The notes beneath the pieces are model-generated. The model made no database searches. It had not been told where the DNA came from and saw only the letters and a list, made by a program, of their open reading frames with translations. The position numbers were made by a program, and so were the translations under genes. From Clostridia bacterium (lineage in GTDB: Bacteria; Bacillota; Clostridia; Christensenellales; Borkfalkiaceae): 64,000 nt of DNA. This document shows positions 57,281 through 64,000 of the stretch, piece after piece. Position 1 is the first letter of the stretch, and every line of letters begins with the position of its first letter. Location: contig JAJPZA010000120.1 in the NCBI GenBank assembly GCA_021204625.1, positions 4,483-68,482 on the forward strand, read 5' to 3'.

Positions 57281-57475
57281 CGGCGTTTTTTTCGCAGGGA
57301 TGCATTGGAAAGCGGAGGCATAGCCAAGGAAGGCGGCTTATGCTATACGACCCGTGATTTGGCTTTCAGTACCCCTTCTGCCGCAGGTGATTTTGTGCTT
57401 GGAAGATCTTGCAATGGATGGCGGGAATGGGTAGATGACAATAATTTGACTTTAGGAGACATATATAGGAAATGA
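57281..57475 (+). pseudogene. 3'-terminal relic of a DUF4357-domain gene (64 codons, no start codon)
   Basis: The open frame between TGA at 57278-57280 and TGA at 57473-57475 translates to ...DALESGGIAKEGGLCYTTRDLAFSTPSAAGDFVLGRSCNGWREWVDDNNLTLGDIYRK. It contains no Met. FSSPSAAA..VLGRSANGW.EWK is the hallmark of DUF4357 C-termini. Confidence 0.6.
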
Positions 57476-57656
57476 GGGTAGATGCTTTAACACAGCGAGG
57501 GATGAGCCAGTCAGATAAGATGAATGAATTCAAAAAGCGCACTGGTCATATGTTTCCTGCGGGCGCTTTGTCTATATGAAAAGGTGCGAAATTAAATTGC
57601 TCAATGATGAGTTGTTAATAGATTTTTACAAGTATATTTTTGAGCCCTTTTTGATG

Positions 57657-57685
57657 TTTACAAAAGGGTTTTGGAGTGCTATAAT
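57657..57685 (+). promoter_or_regulatory. cas operon promoter candidate TTTACA-N17-TATAAT (TG-extended)
   Basis: Hexamers at 57657-57662 and 57680-57685. The predicted TSS near 57692 gives a cas9 leader of about 175 nt that runs antisense through the whole tracrRNA gene. Confidence 0.6.
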
Positions 57686-57708
57686 CGAATAGCTTAGAAC
57701 TTCGGAAT

Positions 57709-57824
57709 AAAAAAAATCTGCTTTTGACAAGCAGATTCTGCACACGTCATGTGCAACCGATAATATCGGCGGTATGGTTAGAACTTATTTGAACTTACTG
57801 TGTAATTCCGAAAGAGTTTCAACT
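57709..57824 (-). ncRNA. tracrRNA (type II-A)
   Basis: The minus strand reads GTTGAAACTCTTTCGGAATTACACAGTAAGTTCAAATAAGTTCTAACC... TCGGAATTACAC is the perfect complement of the repeat core GTGTAATTCCGA, with flanking partial pairing and a bulge. An AAGTTCAAATAAG segment resembles the S. pyogenes tracrRNA AAGTTAAAATAAGG. Hairpins CCGAT-ATT-ATCGG and TGCACA-TGACG-TGTGCA follow, then the terminator AATCTGCTT-GTCAA-AAGCAGATT plus T8. Confidence 0.8.
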
Positions 57825-57830
57825 GGTTTT

Positions 57831-57859
57831 ATTTTACTCAAAACAGTAAGGGGTGTCAA
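57831..57859 (-). promoter_or_regulatory. tracrRNA promoter, TTGACA-N17-TAAAAT on the minus strand
   Basis: The complement of 57854-57859 is TTGACA and the complement of 57831-57836 is TAAAAT, with an exact 17-nt spacer. It sits immediately before the cas9 start codon on the opposite strand. Confidence 0.7.
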
Positions 57860-57865
57860 TAGTTT

Positions 57866-60800
57866 ATGGCAAAAAATTCGGATTCAGATATGAATTCAGA
57901 TGTGAAAGATTATTATATCGGGCTTGATATAGGCACCAACTCTGTCGGCTGGGCCGTTACAGACCTGGATTATAATCTTATCCGCAAGCGCGGGAAGGAT
58001 ATGTGGGGGAGCTATCTTTTTGACGAGGCTCAGACGGCAGCGGACAGAAGGCAGTTCAGAACGGGGAGAAGACGCCAGTCAAGACGCCATCAGCGCCTCA
58101 TGCTTCTGCAGGGGCTTTTTGAGGATGAGATCGGAAAGGTGGATCCGGATTTTTTCCTGCGCCTTAACAACAGTGCATTTGCCAGGGAAGACAAGGATCC
58201 TAGGCTTGCGGGGAGAGATTCACTGTTCAGAGACAGGGATTTCAAGGACAAGGATTATTTCAAGAAGTATCCTACAATATATCATCTAAGATCTGCTCTT
58301 GTACATGGAGAGGACGTTGAAGATATAAGACTGGTGTATCTCGCCGTGCATCACATCCTGAAGCACCGCGGGCATTTCTTGTTTGAGTCTCAGACTTTCA
58401 ATATTGAGGATAGTACTGTAATTCACAAGTCCTTCAGCGATATGAATGCCTGGATTCAGGAGGGCGGTGCAGAGGCGGGCATGGAGACGCTTGAGACGGA
58501 TAATCTGGAGGCTGTGGTAGGAGAACTGTCCAATGCAAAGCACGGCAAGAAGGATAAGTGCCAGTCATTGCAAAAGATATACGGTCTCAAGAGCGGCGGA
58601 AGGGATCCCGTCAATAATTCCAAACTCAATATTCTGAAGGCAGTCACCGGCTCCAAGTTCAGCCTTAAGAGCCTTTTCATAATGGCAGATGACTTTGCCT
58701 GTGAGACGGATGACGTGTCCTTTGATTCCGAGGACTTTGAAGACAATGTTATGCCCGGGATAGAAAACGGGTATGGCGATGACATGGCGGAGTTTGTCCG
58801 CATCCTGAAGTCAATATATGACTGGTCTGTGCTTTCCAATGTCATGAAAGGCCATGCCTTCATTTCAGACGCCAAGGTTGAGACGTATGAGAAGCACGGG
58901 GAAGATTTGGCTGCTTTGAAAGCATACGTGAAGGAAAATTGCCCGGAAAAGTTCAGCCGCGTGTTCAACAGGGTGGCTGTCAAGAGAGGGAGCGACAAGG
59001 TATGCAATTATGCCGCTTATATTGGAATGGACAGCAAGAAGGGGTTTGCCAAATGTTCCAAAGAGGATTTTTACAAGTTCCTGAAGAGCGACATCAAGGT
59101 TACGGACGAAAAAATCCTTGCAGATATGGACAACGGAACCTTCATGCCACTTCAGTCCTCCAAGGATAACGCCTCCATACCGTATCAGGTCCATCTCAAG
59201 GAGCTGGAAGCCATTCTGGACAACGCTGCGAAGCAGTTCCCGTTCCTTAGCGAGAAGGAAGGAGAGCTCACGGTCAGTGAGAAGATAGTCATGCTCATGA
59301 CCTTCCGTGTGCCGTACTACGTGGGTCCTTTAAAGGGTGATTTTTCATGGGCTAAGTTTATAGAAGGCAAGGAAGGGGAGAGGGTTACTCCCTGGAACTT
59401 TGACGAAGTCATAGACAAGGACGGCTGCGAAGATGCCTTTATAGACAGGATGAAATCAAGTTGTTCCTATCTTCCGGATCAGGAAGTCCTTCCCGCCGCC
59501 TCATTCCTCTACAGCGAATATGCTTTTTTGAACGAGCTGAACAACCTGAAAATCAATGGTGTGAAGGATGAGAAAGTCAGGCAGTTCATATATGAGTATG
59601 CCAAAACCCACAAGAAGGTTACTTTGGGCGCATGCTGCAAGGCAATGATTGCCCGCGGAATACTGCCGAAAGGAACAAAGAAGGAGCAGTTTACCGGCAT
59701 AGACGAGGATTTTAAGAATTCCCTCGCATCATACAATGATTTTGTATTCCTTGGCTCCAGGAGGGATACGCATCCTGAGATGTGCGAGGACATCATCAAA
59801 TGGATTACTGTAATTTCAGACAAGACCAGGCTCATAAGCCGCATCAAGGAGAATTACGGCAGGATGCTTTCAGATGATGAGATCAAAAGGCTCTCGAAGC
59901 TTAACTATACGAAGTGGGGAAGGCTTTCCAGGGAACTGCTTGCAGGGATAAGGAGCCCGAAGTGCGTCAATGACTGCGGTGAGTTTGTTTCCATTATAGA
60001 TAAGATGCGTGAAGGCAGCGAGAACTTCATGGAGATATACTACAATTACGGCTTTGACGAGGTTGTAAAGGAGCGCAACCAGGATTTGTATTCAGACAAG
60101 GTGACATACAGCTCCATCAAGGAAATGTACTGCTCACCCTCTGTAAAGAGGTCCATTTGGAGATCCGTTGAGCTGGTCCGTGAGATTGTCAATATCTGCG
60201 GAGGACAGCCCAGGAAGATTTTTATTGAGATGGGCAGGGCCGTAAATGACGGTTCCAGAACAGGAGACAGGAAGAAGTCCAGAAAGAGCCAGGTACAGGA
60301 CTTCTATAAAAAGTCTGATCTGTACAAGAGCATTCAGCTGGAGGCTGGTGAATGGCAGAAGGAGATTGAGACAACTCCTGACAGCAAGTTCGATTCGGAT
60401 CGTCTGTATCTCTATTACCTGCAGTGCGGGAGGTGCATGTATTCCGGCAAGGAGATTAAGCTGGAGGATGTCTTTAATAAAAATATATGTGATATAGATC
60501 ACATTTACCCTCAGTCCAAGATTAAGGATGACAGCCTCAACAACCGTGTTCTGGTTCTTAGGTCTGCAAACCAGGCCAAGGAAGACGTGTACCCTATTTC
60601 GGCGGATATAAGGTCCGGCCAGAGACAGTTCTGGGAGAATCTTCTTAATCTCGGCATGATAAGCCAGGTCAAGTTCTCAAGGCTTGTCCGGAGCACCCCG
60701 CTTTCAAGGGAAGAGCTGGCGGATTTTATCAATCGGCAGCTTACATTCACATATCAAAGCACCAAGGCGGTTGCGGAAACTATGCAGAAGCTTCTTCCCG

Positions 60801-61951
60801 GATCAGAGGTCGTGTACGCCAAGGCAAGGAATGCAAATGACTTCAAGCAGGAGTCCGGCATCATCAAAATCCGTGATCTCAATGACCTTCATCATGCAAA
60901 GGACGCTTATATCAACATTGTGGTGGGCAATGTTTTCAACACCAAGTTCGGACACGATGCCGCTGTATATTTCAAGCAGCAGGATATCTCCAGCTTCAAT
61001 CTTAAGAAACTCTATGACAATGACATCAATGGGGCATGGTCTCCTTCATACAGGGAGAGGATTGTCAGAACCGCAGAGAAGGACACTTGCAATGTTGTGC
61101 ATATGGTCAACGCCGGTGGCGGAAGCATGTTCGACCAGCAGATTGTTCCTGCCGGGACTAATGACGGGCTTATCCCTATCAAGGACAAGGAACCGTTCAA
61201 TGATACAGGTCGTTACGGAGGATACAACAAGCCAGGCATCTCGTTTTTCATGCTTGTCCGCAGCCTGGATAAGCACGGCAAGCCAATGCTCACCATAGAA
61301 GGGTATCCGCTTCATTATGAGAAGAGATTCGGCAACTCTACAGACGAGAAGATTCGCTACTGTGTGCAGATTCTTAAGCTGAAGAACCCGGAAATAGTGC
61401 TGGATAATATCAAGACAGGCACATTGGTTTGCAGAAATGGCTCCTATGTTACCATAAGAGGCAAGACTAACAACAGCATTATCTTATGTAATGATAACCA
61501 GCTTCATCTGGACAGGAACAGCGCTGCAACCCTTAAGGAGGTCTGCAAGTACATGGATACCCGTTCTAAGTACAGAAAAAATGACCTGCCCATTAAGGAC
61601 TCAATGTCCAGCGAAGACCTCCTGTCTTTGTATGATGTTTTTACCGAGAAGCTTGCGATGCCTATGTACAATAATTTGTGGCCCAGTGCGGATTTCTCAA
61701 AATTGCTCAAAGATGGCAGAACGATATTCACAAATTTGACAAGAGAGCAGCAGGCTGCCCTTTTATATGAAATACTGCATCTCTTCCAGTGCAAGCCGCA
61801 GTCACTCGCAAACTTGACTATAATTGGCGGTGCTAAATTAGCTGGCAGTCTTAAGCTGAACAAAAACATCACGGGACAGAGTATTAAGTTCATATTCCAG
61901 TCTCCCACAGGGTACTATGCCCGCATTGTCAATGTAAAGGATTTGCTGTGA
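57866..61951 (+). CDS. cas9: Cas9 (type II-A CRISPR-associated endonuclease, 1361 aa)
   Basis: RuvC-I YYIGLDIGTNSVGWAV, an arginine-rich bridge helix (RRQFRTGRRRQSRRHQR), HNH DIDHIYPQS...NRVL, and RuvC-III HHAKDAYIN. Confidence 0.97.
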   Translation: MAKNSDSDMNSDVKDYYIGLDIGTNSVGWAVTDLDYNLIRKRGKDMWGSYLFDEAQTAADRRQFRTGRRRQSRRHQRLMLLQGLFEDEIGKVDPDFFLRLNNSAFAREDKDPRLAGRDSLFRDRDFKDKDYFKKYPTIYHLRSALVHGEDVEDIRLVYLAVHHILKHRGHFLFESQTFNIEDSTVIHKSFSDMNAWIQEGGAEAGMETLETDNLEAVVGELSNAKHGKKDKCQSLQKIYGLKSGGRDPVNNSKLNILKAVTGSKFSLKSLFIMADDFACETDDVSFDSEDFEDNVMPGIENGYGDDMAEFVRILKSIYDWSVLSNVMKGHAFISDAKVETYEKHGEDLAALKAYVKENCPEKFSRVFNRVAVKRGSDKVCNYAAYIGMDSKKGFAKCSKEDFYKFLKSDIKVTDEKILADMDNGTFMPLQSSKDNASIPYQVHLKELEAILDNAAKQFPFLSEKEGELTVSEKIVMLMTFRVPYYVGPLKGDFSWAKFIEGKEGERVTPWNFDEVIDKDGCEDAFIDRMKSSCSYLPDQEVLPAASFLYSEYAFLNELNNLKINGVKDEKVRQFIYEYAKTHKKVTLGACCKAMIARGILPKGTKKEQFTGIDEDFKNSLASYNDFVFLGSRRDTHPEMCEDIIKWITVISDKTRLISRIKENYGRMLSDDEIKRLSKLNYTKWGRLSRELLAGIRSPKCVNDCGEFVSIIDKMREGSENFMEIYYNYGFDEVVKERNQDLYSDKVTYSSIKEMYCSPSVKRSIWRSVELVREIVNICGGQPRKIFIEMGRAVNDGSRTGDRKKSRKSQVQDFYKKSDLYKSIQLEAGEWQKEIETTPDSKFDSDRLYLYYLQCGRCMYSGKEIKLEDVFNKNICDIDHIYPQSKIKDDSLNNRVLVLRSANQAKEDVYPISADIRSGQRQFWENLLNLGMISQVKFSRLVRSTPLSREELADFINRQLTFTYQSTKAVAETMQKLLPGSEVVYAKARNANDFKQESGIIKIRDLNDLHHAKDAYINIVVGNVFNTKFGHDAAVYFKQQDISSFNLKKLYDNDINGAWSPSYRERIVRTAEKDTCNVVHMVNAGGGSMFDQQIVPAGTNDGLIPIKDKEPFNDTGRYGGYNKPGISFFMLVRSLDKHGKPMLTIEGYPLHYEKRFGNSTDEKIRYCVQILKLKNPEIVLDNIKTGTLVCRNGSYVTIRGKTNNSIILCNDNQLHLDRNSAATLKEVCKYMDTRSKYRKNDLPIKDSMSSEDLLSLYDVFTEKLAMPMYNNLWPSADFSKLLKDGRTIFTNLTREQQAALLYEILHLFQCKPQSLANLTIIGGAKLAGSLKLNKNITGQSIKFIFQSPTGYYARIVNVKDLL

Positions 61952-62817
61952 GCTGGCGGACAGTAGTGGTATCCAAGCGTTGCAAGCTGGAATATAAATT
62001 GGGATACCTTGTATGCAGGGGAGAAGAAACCAAAAAGGTTTATTTAGCCGACATATCAACCCTGATAATCGAGTCCACGGCTGTTGCCATAACAACGGCG
62101 CTTCTATGCGAACTTGTCAGGAACAACGTCAATATCGTATTTTGTGATGACAAGCATAATCCACACTCACAGCTGTTGCCGTTGAACGGCAAATCGGACA
62201 GCAGCGGCGCATTGCGCAGACAGCTTGCCTGGAGCGACTGCAATAAAGATAGTGTGGCCAATGAGATTTTGCGTTTAAAAATAGAAAGGCAGTGCGCATT
62301 GTTGAAAAAGAAAGGGATGGCAGAAAGCGAATCGCTTGAGGCATTCCTATCAGACAGCCAAACAACGGATATCACAGAGCTGGAATCTCCGGCGGCTAAA
62401 GTATATTTCAGTGCTTTGTTTGGGAATCTGTTCAGACGCCGGGATGATACTTTTGTGAATTCTCTTCTGAACTATGGGTATGCAATCATCATGTCGGCAT
62501 TCAGCAGAGAGATAGTGGCTGAGGGATATAATACTCACATAGGCATTTTCCATTGCAATGCATTCAACAATTTCAACTTGACCTGTGACTTAATGGAACC
62601 ATTCCGCATTATTGTGGATGAATTTGTCATAGATCACATGGAAGAGTTTGATTCTGATTTCAAGCATGTGCTTTGCAATATTCTTAATGTTAATGTCTCT
62701 GTTAACGGCCATAAATGCACCGTCACGAACGCTATTGAGACATACTGCAGAAGTGTCTTTGATGCTTTGGAATCACCGGACGATTCCGAATTAAGAATTG
62801 AATGCTATGAGCTATAG
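61948..62817 (+). CDS. cas1: Cas1 integrase
   Basis: GTG start overlapping the cas9 stop by 4 nt. MSWRTVVVSKRCKLEYKLGYLV... is a typical type II Cas1. NYGYA and IGIFH motifs. Confidence 0.93.
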   Translation: MSWRTVVVSKRCKLEYKLGYLVCRGEETKKVYLADISTLIIESTAVAITTALLCELVRNNVNIVFCDDKHNPHSQLLPLNGKSDSSGALRRQLAWSDCNKDSVANEILRLKIERQCALLKKKGMAESESLEAFLSDSQTTDITELESPAAKVYFSALFGNLFRRRDDTFVNSLLNYGYAIIMSAFSREIVAEGYNTHIGIFHCNAFNNFNLTCDLMEPFRIIVDEFVIDHMEEFDSDFKHVLCNILNVNVSVNGHKCTVTNAIETYCRSVFDALESPDDSELRIECYEL

Positions 62818-63127
62818 ATACATGAGAGTTCTTGTGTTTTTTGATTTGCCTGTGGAAACATCGGAGCAGAGAAGGAAGTACCGTTATTTTCATAAGTTCC
62901 TGATAAGAAGTGGTTTTGTCATGATGCAGAAGTCTGTGTATTCAAAGATTGTCTTGAATGCTACGGCTGCTTCATCCGTCATGGAGAATGTCAGAAGAAA
63001 CAGGGTAACTAACGGGCTGATACAGATGATGGTCATAACAGAGCGCCAATACGAAAAAATAGAGTTTGTGTCAGGCGAGGGACAAAAGGTCATTATTGAT
63101 TCAGATGACAAGCTTGTGATTTTATGA
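62807..63127 (+). CDS. cas2: Cas2
   Basis: MSYRYMRVLVFFDLPVETSEQRRKY...QKSVY. Overlaps the cas1 3' end; an alternative ATG is at 62798. Confidence 0.92.
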   Translation: MSYRYMRVLVFFDLPVETSEQRRKYRYFHKFLIRSGFVMMQKSVYSKIVLNATAASSVMENVRRNRVTNGLIQMMVITERQYEKIEFVSGEGQKVIIDSDDKLVIL

Positions 63128-63807
63128 TACTGTGCCATGAGGACTTTGAAACTGTATTTGAAATTATCCCTGGACGGATTAATGTTCTTATAGTAGAGAA
63201 CGAGGGCCTGTTTTACAAATATTGCCTGGAGCTGCACCAGCAGGTGGAAGGCGAAGACGGCAGGTTTTGCTTGTCGGAGGGAGACAAAAAAATTCCCCTT
63301 TGCAAGCATGCCTTGCTTATAGACAGCTATCTTGATTTCAACTTCAACGAAAAGAAAATACTGTCAAAACTCACTCAGCAGCTTAAAGCATCCGTTAACG
63401 AAAAATATTATTCTGAGGTGACGGAGATAGCTCAGCTATGGGGAGCTTTGTTTGAAAAATTCAGTCTTGAATCGTGCTGCAATCTTGAATACAGTACGGA
63501 TGATACGCTCAGCCTTTTGTTCAAAGGTTTTGATATCAAAATAGATATGGATTCCTTTGATTCTCTTCTGGATGAGATCTTGTCTTATATGCGTGTTTGG
63601 TCCGATGTCATGGGCATCAAATGCTTCTTTTTCATCAATCTGAAATCATATCTCACGCCACAGGAATTAGGCCTGTTCTATCATGAATGTTCACTGAACG
63701 AATACTGCATTATTCTTTTTGAGAACCAGCATAAAAGCAGTATCGAAGGAGAAAAGATTCTTCTTATAGATCAAGATTTATGCGAAATACCAATCATTAC
63801 AAATTAA
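63124..63807 (+). CDS. csn2: Csn2 (type II-A signature adaptation protein)
   Basis: ATGA overlap with cas2. At 227 aa, its position after cas2 and its N-terminus (FEIIPGRINVLIVENEGLFYKY) are consistent with the Csn2 family. Confidence 0.8.
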   Translation: MILCHEDFETVFEIIPGRINVLIVENEGLFYKYCLELHQQVEGEDGRFCLSEGDKKIPLCKHALLIDSYLDFNFNEKKILSKLTQQLKASVNEKYYSEVTEIAQLWGALFEKFSLESCCNLEYSTDDTLSLLFKGFDIKIDMDSFDSLLDEILSYMRVWSDVMGIKCFFFINLKSYLTPQELGLFYHECSLNEYCIILFENQHKSSIEGEKILLIDQDLCEIPIITN

Positions 63808-63812
63808 TGGCA

Positions 63813-64000
63813 GTTTAATAATTCCGAAGGGGTATCACCCGATGGATCCAACCAGGGCAGTAGCCTAAGTGTTTGGGATTCGTGTAATTCCTAAGGGGCT
63901 CAACCAAGACCAGCTGTCTCCGGGTATCCATTATGGTTTGAGATCCGTGTAATTCCGATGGGGTATCAACCTAATAGCGGCAGTTTTACCACCGGGGCAT
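63813..64000 (+). CRISPR. Start of the type II-A CRISPR array (runs off the window); the csn2-proximal repeats are degenerate
   Basis: R0 is 63813-63840 (28 nt, internally truncated: GTTTAATAATTCCGAAGGGGTATCACCC). R1 is 63871-63905 (GTTTGGGATTCGTGTAATTCCTAAGGGGCTCAACC). R2 is 63936-63971 (GTTTGAGATCCGTGTAATTCCGATGGGGTATCAACC). Spacers are about 30 nt and the period is 65-66 bp. Confidence 0.8.

Overview
Moderately GC-rich chromosomal window that looks like a Clostridia-type Firmicute, judged from GGAGG ribosome-binding sites, a LytTR/AgrC-like two-component pair and a type II-A CRISPR-Cas locus. From about 1 to 40.4 kb it is mostly housekeeping: the 3' end of a CCA-adding enzyme, rpsF-ssb-rpsR, yggS, leuBDC with a divergent LysR regulator, ilvB-ilvN-ilvD, radA, a circularly permuted GH3 glycosidase with an esterase, and a flippase plus a sugar transferase. 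Small accessory insertions interrupt it. These are a MobV-type relaxase cassette flanked by about 50-bp direct repeats, six tandem 42-bp repeats, and a UvrD-like helicase whose HRDC domain lies behind an in-frame TAG. There is also a lower-GC patch of small hypothetical genes that includes a hyper-acidic 76-aa protein. From about 40.4 to 64 kb the window looks like an accessory or defence island. It begins with a 2.1-kb ORF desert carrying a recurring CACAATAT motif, then an HTH plus DNA-methyltransferase-like protein whose catalytic and SAM motifs are degenerate. Next is a five-gene same-strand operon built around a transmembrane-less VirD4/TraG-like ATPase, a degenerate AAA-like protein and two paralogous winged-helix-like proteins. 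This operon is my best candidate for an undescribed system. It is followed by a RelE/ParE-like domain fused to an SF1 helicase, a SAM methyltransferase overlapping a PLD-nuclease/SF2-helicase/DUF3427-type protein, and a startless DUF4357-type gene relic. The window ends with a type II-A CRISPR-Cas locus: antisense tracrRNA, cas9, cas1, cas2, csn2 and the start of an array whose csn2-proximal repeats are degenerate. I recognised no rRNA, tRNA, integrase or transposase. All functional calls come from motif recognition by eye; no database search was run.
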